A stretch of DNA of 32,000 nt from an uncultured archaeon (GTDB taxonomy: Archaea; Asgardarchaeota; Thorarchaeia; Thorarchaeales; CAZPUN01), in NCBI GenBank assembly GCA_964589775.1, contig CAZPUN010000021.1:90001-122000 (forward strand), written 5' to 3'. The translations under genes were made by a program, and so were the position numbers. Shown here piece after piece: positions 9,083 to 18,084 of this stretch (its first letter is position 1; each line of letters starts with the position of its first letter). The notes under the pieces are model-generated. The model was not told where the DNA came from. It saw nothing but the letters and a program-made list of their open reading frames with translations, and did no database searches.

Positions 9083-9695
9083 ACACTCATCACCTCATAA
9101 TCCAATTGGATTTTATCAATATAAAAGTTGCTTATTTAACTTATTACTTTTTCTTAACGATTTTCGCATATTTTTTGTAATATTTTCATTTTTATCGACA
9201 ATATATTACAATAATAACAAAAATTATTCCCAACAATTAAAAAAAGTATAAATCTTTTATGAATAGTCTCGAAATTCATAGACTTATTTGAGAAATATGC
9301 AAGTATTACAAATTATGTGTAAAAAAGCATCGATTTTTTTAAAGTGGTGTCGGCTTGCCTAAGCACTCAAAGTGTAAGCTTATAACAAAAATCACATAAA
9401 TTGAAGATTTAGAATATGTCATAACTTGAATTTAGCACATCCAAAAAGATCCTCAAAAGAAAATTAAAACGATAACCAAAGATCTCTCAATGGAGCTAGG
9501 CGAGTATATGCACTAAATGTAAATCATAAACTTGTCTATATAATGCAGAACCCTCCCGTCTCAATACGGGACGTATTAGGTAGCTAAAAATATTTAATTA
9601 TTTGAGTGTTAATACATCTATTAGCAATAGAAATTATTTGCAAAGGTGTAATGTATCACACAAGCATAGTAATTTAATATTGGAGGCATATAAAG

Positions 9696-10064
9696 CTGGA
9701 AGACCAAAATTGCAAAGATGCATATGACATCATAATGCTCTTATCAAGCCACAACGTACTTCGTAGAAATATTATCCTTACATTAGCACATATCTATCCG
9801 AAAAGTATCTCTGGAGTTCAACTGGCAAAATTAATCGGATATAGTGGTCAATCAAAGACTCTATATCGTGGAGTCTTAAAACATCTATCGGAGGATCAGT
9901 TGATCCTTGTAGATCAACTAACTCCTCGAATGTATGCAATAAGGATAAATCACGAACATCCTCTCATGAAAAGTTTGATTGAATTATGTAAAAAGTACGG
10001 TCAAGACTTGAGGAAAATCTATCTTGACGCCTTAGGAGCTGAATTTAATGAAAAGCACAACTGA
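9696..10064 (+). CDS. Winged-helix transcriptional regulator (EarA/ArsR-like); start uncertain (CTG 9696 or ATG 9735)
   Basis: LRRNIILTLAHIYPKSISGVQLAKLIG helix-turn-helix. GGAGG at 9682-9686 precedes in-frame ATA 9690 and CTG 9696. Confidence 0.7.
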   Translation: MEDQNCKDAYDIIMLLSSHNVLRRNIILTLAHIYPKSISGVQLAKLIGYSGQSKTLYRGVLKHLSEDQLILVDQLTPRMYAIRINHEHPLMKSLIELCKKYGQDLRKIYLDALGAEFNEKHN

Positions 10065-10641
10065 AAGAGCAATTCGTTTATATAAATGGACTGTAAGATA
10101 TGCAGCACTAGTAGGCGTCACCATATTTTCATTGATCTTTGTTCTCCTGTACATTCCTCAAGTAGATATTTCGGGGATACCTGCCTCTAGCGGTACTTCT
10201 AAATTCATAATATCTATCTTTATGTATCGTAATTATATACTTGTTTTAGCAGGGGCCATTATTGCAATAGGTTTTTCAGTCTGGGTATATAATTTCATTC
10301 CTCAACCAATAGACGAGTTTGTAGTATCTACTGCTCTGGGGCAGGTAAATCCCCGTTACCAATTTAACAGAAAATTCGGTCGAAAATATGAAATTATTAT
10401 GAACGGAAATGGAACGAAAATCGAAATATTTTGTAGGAATCAAGAGATCGAATCTGGTGAATGGTTTGTTTTCAAAATCACAAGCTCGACACTATCTGCT
10501 TCAAACCTTGAGGAAATTGCATTGAGAAATGGATTATCTGTTCATGATGGCAGAATTACCGGCTGGTGTTCCAAAGACGAATTGCCATTGAAATTGCTTC
10601 TTATGCAACGCGCTATTAAACAAGCGGCTCAAGCCTCTTAA
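10048..10641 (+). CDS. Membrane protein with 2 TM and a C-terminal soluble domain
   Basis: Two hydrophobic segments; 17-bp overlap with the upstream wHTH gene; GGAG upstream. Confidence 0.72.
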   Translation: MKSTTERAIRLYKWTVRYAALVGVTIFSLIFVLLYIPQVDISGIPASSGTSKFIISIFMYRNYILVLAGAIIAIGFSVWVYNFIPQPIDEFVVSTALGQVNPRYQFNRKFGRKYEIIMNGNGTKIEIFCRNQEIESGEWFVFKITSSTLSASNLEEIALRNGLSVHDGRITGWCSKDELPLKLLLMQRAIKQAAQAS

Positions 10642-10713
10642 TTCATCTTTTTTTAAATGTTAGATAATTCTAGAAATAGATTTTTTGAAAAGATTATAAA
10701 AAAGTTCTTGACT

Positions 10714-11160
10714 TTACCAAGCTTTATCTATCTTTTTCGGGTCTAACCAAATTGGATTTGGCTTTCCATTTTCATAAACAACTTCAATTAATCTATCAAC
10801 CAAATATGCGGTTAATTTCTTCATGTGCTCCTTTAATTCATTATATTGGTCGAATCGCATCCTTACTATGTGTGCCATTAATACTTTTTTTGCTTCAGTG
10901 GGCATAGTTACTCCAACTAGTTTTCTCAGAAATTTTGTAATGGTCCTCTGTATATGGTAAACATAAAAATCCGCAATTCCAAAAATCGGCATGGAACCCA
11001 CATTGATATTATACCAGTATGATGAAATTGCTTCCCCCACAATATCGAACACTTCTTTAGGTTCGGCGCCGCATCTTGGACATTTTATTCCTTCTTTGTA
11101 TGCTATATATTCTAAACCACATTTTGGACATTTATGAGAATAATTCACATGAATTGCCAT
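10714..11160 (-). CDS. Zinc-ribbon protein
   Basis: CPKCG-x11-CPRCG at the N-terminus followed by a helical region; GGTGG before ATG 11160. Confidence 0.75.
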   Translation of the reverse strand: MAIHVNYSHKCPKCGLEYIAYKEGIKCPRCGAEPKEVFDIVGEAISSYWYNINVGSMPIFGIADFYVYHIQRTITKFLRKLVGVTMPTEAKKVLMAHIVRMRFDQYNELKEHMKKLTAYLVDRLIEVVYENGKPNPIWLDPKKIDKAW

Positions 11161-11250
11161 TTTTTCCACCGGGCTTGTGTTAACCCATTTATATTTTATG
11201 TATGATTTCTTTTATAAGGATTCTTTGGGGCATTATATATGTGAAGAATC

Positions 11251-12162
11251 ATGTCTATTCGAGACCTGCTTTCCGGATATTTGGAGCCTAAGGAAAGTTT
11301 ATTCGGTTATCCACAAATTAATGAAAATGTAACTCCTGAACACATTGGTGTATTAGGTATTCCTTATGATATTACCTCGAGTTTTCGTTCTGGTGCAAGA
11401 GATGCTCCAAATAAAATACGCCATGCATCATCACTACATCTTATTTCGCCGATCACTGAGTATGGTGTTGATATTTCTGAAATTGATGTTGTAGATATTG
11501 GAAATGTGAATTTAGCCGGTATATTTCCCGAACAAGCATTATTAGATATATCTGATGTTTCATTTAAGATATTTGGATACTTTCGAAAGGCTATATTTCT
11601 TGGGGGCGATCACTTTATCACATATCCAATCTTACGTGGATTATCCCGGGTCAAAAATGACTTTGGATTGATTGTCTTTGATGCGCATTTAGACCTTTAT
11701 GACTTGTTTGAAGGACAAAGCTTATCCCATGCAACCACTTTACGCCGCATAATTGATGATGATCTTGTAAAACCAGAAAATATTTTAGTTATAGGGGTTC
11801 GAAATTATGCTCTTGAAGAAATTCAGTTCGCTGAAAATTACGGTGTTCGGATCTTTGAAACAAAGTATCTCAATTTGTGGGATACACTAAATGAATCATT
11901 AAGTTTGATTCTCTCGTCCTTGAAGAATGTTTACATTAGCATTGACATGGATGTTTTGGACCCTGCATTCGCCCCCGGAGTTGGTGCTCCCGTTCCAGGT
12001 GGAATCAGTACTCGTGAGCTTATCCATATTCTTTCGACCATATCTTCACGGTCAAATATACTTGGATTTGATATAACCGAAATTGTTCCTGCATATGATC
12101 ACAGTGACATTACATTGCTTGCTGCATCCAAAATCATGATGGAGATCATCGGGCGTCTTTAA
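11251..12162 (+). CDS. speB: Agmatinase (ureohydrolase family)
   Basis: GIPYD, GGDHFIT, DAHLD, SHAT and SIDMDVLDPAFAPGVGAPVPGG metal-binding motifs. Confidence 0.92.
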   Translation: MSIRDLLSGYLEPKESLFGYPQINENVTPEHIGVLGIPYDITSSFRSGARDAPNKIRHASSLHLISPITEYGVDISEIDVVDIGNVNLAGIFPEQALLDISDVSFKIFGYFRKAIFLGGDHFITYPILRGLSRVKNDFGLIVFDAHLDLYDLFEGQSLSHATTLRRIIDDDLVKPENILVIGVRNYALEEIQFAENYGVRIFETKYLNLWDTLNESLSLILSSLKNVYISIDMDVLDPAFAPGVGAPVPGGISTRELIHILSTISSRSNILGFDITEIVPAYDHSDITLLAASKIMMEIIGRL

Positions 12163-12208
12163 TTGCATCGAAATATTTAAGTAGTTTTTACTACAAAAAA
12201 CATGTAAT

Positions 12209-12907
12209 ATGTCCGACTTGAGAGCAGTTTCATTACTTCGTAAGCTGGGATTTTCACCATACGAGTCAGAGGCATTGGTGGCATTATTCAAGTTAGGCCC
12301 AGCGACAGTATCCGACCTTCACAAAGTAACCAAGATTCCGCATGCTAATTTGTACTCTGTAATGGAAAAATTAGCGGAACGTGGTTTTGTAATAATTTCC
12401 CCTGGGCGCCCAAAGATTTTCAAGGCAGTACCTCCAGAGGAAGTGAAGACTGAACTTACCAAAACAGTAACTGAGCTAACGGACATATTGAAGAAGATCG
12501 AGCAAGAGTCTAAATCAACTGAGACGTGGGAGATATTATATACAATACGCGGTCAGGACAATGTGATTTCAAAGATTGAGGCCATGATTTCCTCATGTAC
12601 GGAAAATTTGATGGTTGTTGCGCCTTCTCTTTCAATATTTCCTCAACAAATATTTGACAGATTGAAAAGAGCATCAGAGCGTATTGCAGACTTTAGAATT
12701 ATAACTAGTGATGACCGTGTTACAATTTCTGGTGTTCATCATCGTATAGGTGATGGAATAAGCGCCATTGATGTAATTACGGATGATCATCAGTCTCTAA
12801 TTTCATTGCCCGATTTTTCGGTATGTGGATGGATTGAAAATCCTATTATTACGATGCATTTTAAACAATTTCTAGAGCAAATGTGGAGCAATTCAAAGGA
12901 GCGTTAA
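12209..12907 (+). CDS. TrmB family transcriptional regulator
   Basis: LRKLGFSPYE...IPHANLYSVMEKLAERGFV...GRPKIFKAVPP wHTH followed by an effector-binding domain. Confidence 0.9.
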   Translation: MSDLRAVSLLRKLGFSPYESEALVALFKLGPATVSDLHKVTKIPHANLYSVMEKLAERGFVIISPGRPKIFKAVPPEEVKTELTKTVTELTDILKKIEQESKSTETWEILYTIRGQDNVISKIEAMISSCTENLMVVAPSLSIFPQQIFDRLKRASERIADFRIITSDDRVTISGVHHRIGDGISAIDVITDDHQSLISLPDFSVCGWIENPIITMHFKQFLEQMWSNSKER

Positions 12908-12912
12908 GAAAA

Positions 12913-14283
12913 ATGGAAGAATTTGATGTAATAGTTGCTGGTGCAGGTACTGGCGGATCTGTTGCAGCATATGCGATTGCGAAAAAGGGATTTAGTGTAG
13001 CCCTATTGGATCAAAAGCCCAGATCCCTAATTGGTAAGAAGACCTGTGGTGATGCGATGGGTGATCACCACTTTAAAGAACTGAATGAATTAATCGGATT
13101 ACCCGAGCCTCGTGAAGATGTAATTCAATACACTGTTAAGGGTCTAGTGATTTATCCTCCGAATCGCAAGAATCCTATGGATGTAAGTGGTCCTGGAACT
13201 ACTGGAGTTTCATTTAACCGTCATGCAATGGGGCAATGGCTAGTAGATCTTGCGGTATCCGAGGGTGTAAAATTATTTGATGCAGTTTCTGTACAATCTC
13301 CAATTATTGAAGGTGATTCAGTAGTTGGTATTACTTATCGCGATAAAAATAAAGAAATTAAGAAGTTAAAAGGAAAGATTGTAATTGATGCCACAGGTGT
13401 AGGTGGAGTTCTCCGTAGGCAAGTTCCAGAATCTTTCTTAATGGATAAGCGTTTTGCGTTGGATGAAACGATTGCAGCATGGCGAGAGGTTTTGGAGACA
13501 TCTTATACTTTTGACAGACCTGATATGCTTGAGATTTATTTTGATCTTGAGCATGCGCCAGGTGGTTATGCGTGGATATTTCCGCAAGGTCCAAATAGAG
13601 TAAATGCTGGGCTCGGTGTAACTGCAGGTCTTCCAAATGTTCCAAATGTCAAAAAGAAGTATTATGACTGGATGATGAATTCTTTTGAGCCACTCCAGAA
13701 GAAAACTAAAGTTCTTGATGCTGGCGGCGGTCAGGTACCTGTAAGGCGTCCGGTTGATGTTCTGGTAGGTAATGGATTCATGATTGTTGGAGATGCTGCC
13801 TCTCAAGTGAATCCAATTCATGGTGGTGGTATTGGCCCATCTATGTATGCTGCTGCCTTAGCGTCAAAAGCTGCAGTTTCGGCTCTCGAATCTAATGATG
13901 TTTCACGAGAAGCATTATGGTCATATCCTGCAGAATATATGCGTACATATGGTAAGAAACAGGCGGGATTAGATATTTTCAAGTGGCTTATCATTCGTAT
14001 TTCAAACAAAGATATCGATTTTGCTTTTGATAAAGGTCTAATAAAAGGTAGTGACTTGCTTGAAATCAGTCTGACTGGAAAATTGCAAATGAATCTGATT
14101 GAAAAAATGGGCCGATTGGTTTCAGGCCTTGGTAATATTTCACTATTAAGACGATTAAAGAAAACGACGGAACTCATGGAACAAATTAAATCGCTTTATG
14201 ATAACTATCCCTCGTCAATCGATAAAATTCCCGAATGGAAACAGAAAATGGTGCCGATCTATAAGGCTGCTCGTAATTTATAA
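12913..14283 (+). CDS. Geranylgeranyl reductase family (digeranylgeranylglycerophospholipid reductase)
   Basis: VAGAGTGG, KxCGD, IDATG, PGGYAWIFP (YxWxFP) and VGDAAxQVNPIHGGGI motifs. Confidence 0.9.
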   Translation: MEEFDVIVAGAGTGGSVAAYAIAKKGFSVALLDQKPRSLIGKKTCGDAMGDHHFKELNELIGLPEPREDVIQYTVKGLVIYPPNRKNPMDVSGPGTTGVSFNRHAMGQWLVDLAVSEGVKLFDAVSVQSPIIEGDSVVGITYRDKNKEIKKLKGKIVIDATGVGGVLRRQVPESFLMDKRFALDETIAAWREVLETSYTFDRPDMLEIYFDLEHAPGGYAWIFPQGPNRVNAGLGVTAGLPNVPNVKKKYYDWMMNSFEPLQKKTKVLDAGGGQVPVRRPVDVLVGNGFMIVGDAASQVNPIHGGGIGPSMYAAALASKAAVSALESNDVSREALWSYPAEYMRTYGKKQAGLDIFKWLIIRISNKDIDFAFDKGLIKGSDLLEISLTGKLQMNLIEKMGRLVSGLGNISLLRRLKKTTELMEQIKSLYDNYPSSIDKIPEWKQKMVPIYKAARNL

Positions 14284-14386
14284 TTTTGTGCTTCATTTTT
14301 CTTATTTTTTTATTTATAAACAATAAATTCAAAAGATTATTTTTCTATATTTTAGATATGAACAAAAATTCGTAAATTTGGTAAAG

Positions 14387-14875
14387 ATGATGGGAAATAA
14401 GTGTTTTTCGAAAACTGGATTTGGTATTGGTTCATTTGGCACAATGAGTATTTTGTTTCTTTGGGCATATACTAGTGCGCATCAGATTCTAAGTGTTCCG
14501 ATGTTCTATATCTTTACTGCAATATTATCCACGTTGAACGGGCTCATTGGTGGATTGCTAAATCTTTATGCAACAGAAAACAATAATTATTTTCTTGGAA
14601 TTTGCCATAATGCAAAAAAAGGGAATATCGCATTACTTCTTGTATTCCTATCTATTGTAATTCCGCCTATTTACTTTGACGTACTATTTCCCAATTTATT
14701 AAATAATGTCTTAATCATTTTCTGGATCCTTGGCTATATATTCATAATATTATTCAGTATAAAGATTGGTACATCGTTTAGAGAAGCCGAATCTTCAAAT
14801 AGAGAAAATATTGTTGAACGGCTTTCTCTTTATTTTAAGCGTGTATACGCTCGAATATCTAGTCAAAATAAATAA
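14387..14875 (+). CDS. Membrane protein (about 4 TM), unknown function
   Basis: Four hydrophobic segments; exact start uncertain (14378, 14387 or 14390). Confidence 0.65.
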   Translation: MMGNKCFSKTGFGIGSFGTMSILFLWAYTSAHQILSVPMFYIFTAILSTLNGLIGGLLNLYATENNNYFLGICHNAKKGNIALLLVFLSIVIPPIYFDVLFPNLLNNVLIIFWILGYIFIILFSIKIGTSFREAESSNRENIVERLSLYFKRVYARISSQNK

Positions 14876-14880
14876 AAAAA

Positions 14881-16578
14881 TTATTTTTTGATTCTTTTTT
14901 CCTTTATAATTTTTAATAATTCTTTAAGTCCATTTTCAATGGACGGCCCTGTAATAATCGAAGTTTCTGTAAATAATGCTGGTAGTCCATTTTCGGCCTC
15001 TCTAGCTTTTGATATCAATTTGATTTTCTCTAATGCTTCGTCCTTTGAAACCGGTGCCTCGCCCATATCCTGATCATTCGCAGTGATAATGCGTAAATCA
15101 ATTTTGTTTCCAACAATAAGAATTGGTGTTTCAGGCCCTAACATTTGATTTATTTCTTTAACCCAATAGTCAATACTCTGATAGCTCCATCGATCTACAA
15201 CTGAATATACGATTATCGCTGCTTCTGCATCTGCATAGAATTTTCCACGTGTAATCTTTATTTTCTTAGCTTCATTCAAAGGCCAAATTTCTGTATCAAA
15301 AGCAACGTCCTTCAATGGAATTTCTTTTGTAAGAATTCTCATTGTGCTTAATGATGTTATTTGTTCTTCTTGTTCGTTGAACCCTATATTTTCAAATAGT
15401 GAACTCATTCCTACGTCATCTTCACCTAATACAACAACTTTAACTTTGTATTTGGGTAGTTCTCTTACAACTAATGTCTCTACTTCTTCTTTTTCTGTGG
15501 TTGGCGTCTCTGTAGGTGCTTCCACTTTGGTTTCTATGGCGGGTGCTTCCACTTTGGTTTCTATGGCGGGTGCTTCCACTTTGGTTTCATTTGATACAAT
15601 TTCGGGTTTAGAGGCTGATTCAGGAGTTATCTGTTTTTCATCACTATCATATTTTGTAGTCATCTGATCAATAATTCTCAATGTGTATGAAACTAGATCT
15701 TCTTCTGTTGTACTTTGTTTAATTGTTTCCTCCATAATTTGCTCTAGGACTTCTTCATCAGTTTTTTCAATTTGGGGTATTATAATTTTTCTTTCATGTG
15801 TAGACTCTTCCACTTTAGTTTCTGTGGTAGGTGCTTCTACTTTAGTTTCTACGGGAGGGCCTTCCACTTTAGTTTCTGTGGTGGGTGCTTCCACTTTGGT
15901 TTCTGTGGTGGGTGCTTCCACTTTGGTTTCTGTGGTGGGTGCTTCCACTTTGGTTTCTATGGCGGGTGCTTCCACTTTGGTTTCTATGGCGGGTGCTTCC
16001 ACTTTGGTTTCTATGGCGGGTGCTTCCACTTTAGTTTCTGTGGCGGGTGCTTCCACTTTAGTTTCTACGGGAGGGACTTCCACTTTGGTTTCTGTGGTGG
16101 GTGTTTTCACTTTAGTTTCTATGGCGGGTGCTTCTACTTTGGTTTCGCTTTTTCTTGTAGGGATCACTTCTTCAATTATGTCACTAATTATTTTTGACTT
16201 ATCAATAATCGGCTTTTTATCTGATTCTGGTATTGGCTTAGAAGTAGGTTCTATCGCTTCTGTTTGAGTTTCCTTAATTTCAGGTTTGATTGGTTCGACG
16301 GACCCCCAGATATCATCTGACTCAGGCTCTGGTTTAATTTCCTCTACTTCTACGAAGATTTTCTTAGCCTTTGGTATTCCAATCTTTAGCATGACTTCTT
16401 CAACTAATGCCGGCGGCAGTATCTTTCCTTTATAATAAAAGAAACGTTCTAGTTCTTTTCGGACTTGATCAAATGACTTTCCTTTTACTGGAATTGTTTT
16501 TATTAATCTGCCTTTATCCTTAATGCGTATTGTTTTTTGCTCCAATGTTATTCCAAATGTTGTTCCTGGGACAATCAA
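14881..16578 (-). CDS. Multidomain protein: N-terminal domain, long acidic Pro/Thr repeat linker, C-terminal Rab-like (pseudo)GTPase
   Basis: G1-like KVVVLGEDDVGMSS, FYADAEAAIIVYSV, G4 PILIVGNKIDL and G5 FTETS; GAGGAG before TTG. Confidence 0.85.
   Translation of the reverse strand: MIVPGTTFGITLEQKTIRIKDKGRLIKTIPVKGKSFDQVRKELERFFYYKGKILPPALVEEVMLKIGIPKAKKIFVEVEEIKPEPESDDIWGSVEPIKPEIKETQTEAIEPTSKPIPESDKKPIIDKSKIISDIIEEVIPTRKSETKVEAPAIETKVKTPTTETKVEVPPVETKVEAPATETKVEAPAIETKVEAPAIETKVEAPAIETKVEAPTTETKVEAPTTETKVEAPTTETKVEGPPVETKVEAPTTETKVEESTHERKIIIPQIEKTDEEVLEQIMEETIKQSTTEEDLVSYTLRIIDQMTTKYDSDEKQITPESASKPEIVSNETKVEAPAIETKVEAPAIETKVEAPTETPTTEKEEVETLVVRELPKYKVKVVVLGEDDVGMSSLFENIGFNEQEEQITSLSTMRILTKEIPLKDVAFDTEIWPLNEAKKIKITRGKFYADAEAAIIVYSVVDRWSYQSIDYWVKEINQMLGPETPILIVGNKIDLRIITANDQDMGEAPVSKDEALEKIKLISKAREAENGLPALFTETSIITGPSIENGLKELLKIIKEKRIKK
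15511..15588 (-). repeat. Second block of the 27-bp coding tandem repeat (about 3 units)
   Basis: Encodes ETKVEAPAI ETKVEAPAI ETKVEAPT. Confidence 0.92.
15808..16146 (-). repeat. 27-bp coding tandem repeat, 12 full units plus one partial (ETKVEAPxx)
   Basis: Plus-strand unit GGTGCTTCCACTTTGGTTTCTATGGCG and variants, head-to-tail with no spacers. Confidence 0.95.
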
Positions 16579-16682
16579 AGTTTTTGTCTCCTCTAAACAC
16601 GAATAATGATATTCATACTCAAAGTAAAATATATATGCTTTTAGTCTTTTAAATCAATCTAATAAATCTTGGCAGTGATACC

Positions 16683-17942
16683 ATGGATAAGTACGAAAAA
16701 TTAAAGTCCGGCGAGCGTGTGATTGTAGTTTCATTCATAGTTACAGTTTGTGTATTTATAGTTGAGATAATTGTGGGAATTCTCAGTAATAGTGTTTCAC
16801 TTACTGCTGATGCTATTCATACAGCAACAGACTCGTTAGGTATCATTGCTGTATTTTTCGGTTTAAAAATTGCACAACGTAAGCCTGATGAACGATTCCC
16901 GTATGGATATTACAAAGCTGAAAATATCGGCGCATTAGTTGTTGCCTTTATAATCTTATTAACTGCTGTGGATATTTTGGTTGATTCAATGGATGCAATT
17001 TTACATCCGCGAACATTAAGTATTCCTTTAGTAGCTTTGACCGTAGCAGCTGTTGGTACTGTTATTTCCTACCTTCTTGCGTATTATAAAGGAAAAACCG
17101 GAAGAAAAATAAATTCACAATCTCTTATTGCTGAAGCTGAACATTCTCGGATTGATGTTTTTGCAACAGCTCTTGTGTTTATTGGTATTCTAGTTTCATA
17201 TCTTGGATTTCCAATTGTAGAAGCCATGGCTGGTTTTATTGTTTCTATTTTTGTTGCTATTTCAGGTTTAGAAATTGCAAAAGATGCACTTTTTGTTCTT
17301 ATGGATGCATGTACAGATTCTGAGTTACCTATACAGCTAAAGGAATTTATAGAATCACATCCCAAAGTTGATGGAGTACACTCTATAAAGATTCGTCGTG
17401 CAGGGCCATTTCTTTTTGTTGATGCACATTTAGAGCTTGCACCTACATATTCTGTTAATTTTGCGCATGAAATCTGTGATGAACTTGAAGAACGTATTAA
17501 AGAAAAATTCAACAATATTGAATCTGTAAACTTTCACGTCGAACCTGGTACTGGGGATTCTAAGGTCATTGCAGTCCCTGTAGAATCAAGAGACGTAAGC
17601 TTAACAGATAGAATTTCATCGCATTTTTCAAGAGCACCATATTTTTTGATCATTCGAGTAAAGCATAAGGAGATAGTTGAAACAAAAATTGTTGAGAATC
17701 CTGCAAAAGATATATCCTCCAAAAAGGGATTAAAAATCGCTCATGTATTAGTAGATGCTGGGGTTACTGTTGTAATTACAAGGAATATCGGTGAAATTAC
17801 ATATTATGCATTAAACAGTCTTGGAATACTTATTTTTAGGACTGATGATGATGTTGTAGAAAATGTCGTAAAATTATTTTTGCAAGGAAAATTAAAATAT
17901 TATGAGCTCGCAATATCTGAAAAATTTGAAAAAAATAAGTAA
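16683..17942 (+). CDS. Cation diffusion facilitator (FieF-like) with a C-terminal NifB/NifX domain
   Basis: SVSLTADAIHTATD, PDERFPYGYYKAE, EAEHSRID and FHVEP; C-terminal IAVP...SHFSRAPYF...IGE. Confidence 0.9.
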   Translation: MDKYEKLKSGERVIVVSFIVTVCVFIVEIIVGILSNSVSLTADAIHTATDSLGIIAVFFGLKIAQRKPDERFPYGYYKAENIGALVVAFIILLTAVDILVDSMDAILHPRTLSIPLVALTVAAVGTVISYLLAYYKGKTGRKINSQSLIAEAEHSRIDVFATALVFIGILVSYLGFPIVEAMAGFIVSIFVAISGLEIAKDALFVLMDACTDSELPIQLKEFIESHPKVDGVHSIKIRRAGPFLFVDAHLELAPTYSVNFAHEICDELEERIKEKFNNIESVNFHVEPGTGDSKVIAVPVESRDVSLTDRISSHFSRAPYFLIIRVKHKEIVETKIVENPAKDISSKKGLKIAHVLVDAGVTVVITRNIGEITYYALNSLGILIFRTDDDVVENVVKLFLQGKLKYYELAISEKFEKNK

Positions 17943-18084
17943 TTGCCGATAGATCCCCTTCTACCAGTTTTTCTATCTTTCTATTTTTCCCGCAATATAA
18001 TTCTTAACAGAAATTTATATAAGTAATAGCTTTCAATAGTAAATTAATATTTATTAACAAATTTATACACTTGGGGGATTAGAT

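Noticed and set aside
9000-9251. 83-aa plus-strand ORF, and a nearby 27-codon minus-strand ORF (MTYSKSS...) around 9339-9422
   Set aside because: AT-rich, no ribosome-binding site or recognisable motif; the first overlaps the start of 8513..9082.
9545-9585. Possible SECIS element (GAA before a hairpin)
   Set aside because: The lower stem does not fit the archaeal or eukaryote-like consensus, and no in-frame UGA selenoprotein candidate was seen nearby.
15511-16146. Possible CRISPR array
   Set aside because: Units are head-to-tail with no unique spacers, have a 27-bp period in frame within a CDS, and no cas genes are present.
15344-16267. Plus-strand ORFs 15344..15667, 15683..16267 and the Cys/Gly/Phe-rich 15772..16197 (GGCFHFGFY repeats, RiPP-like look)
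   Set aside because: Antisense shadows of the stop-free tandem repeat inside the pseudo-GTPase gene, with no independent support.
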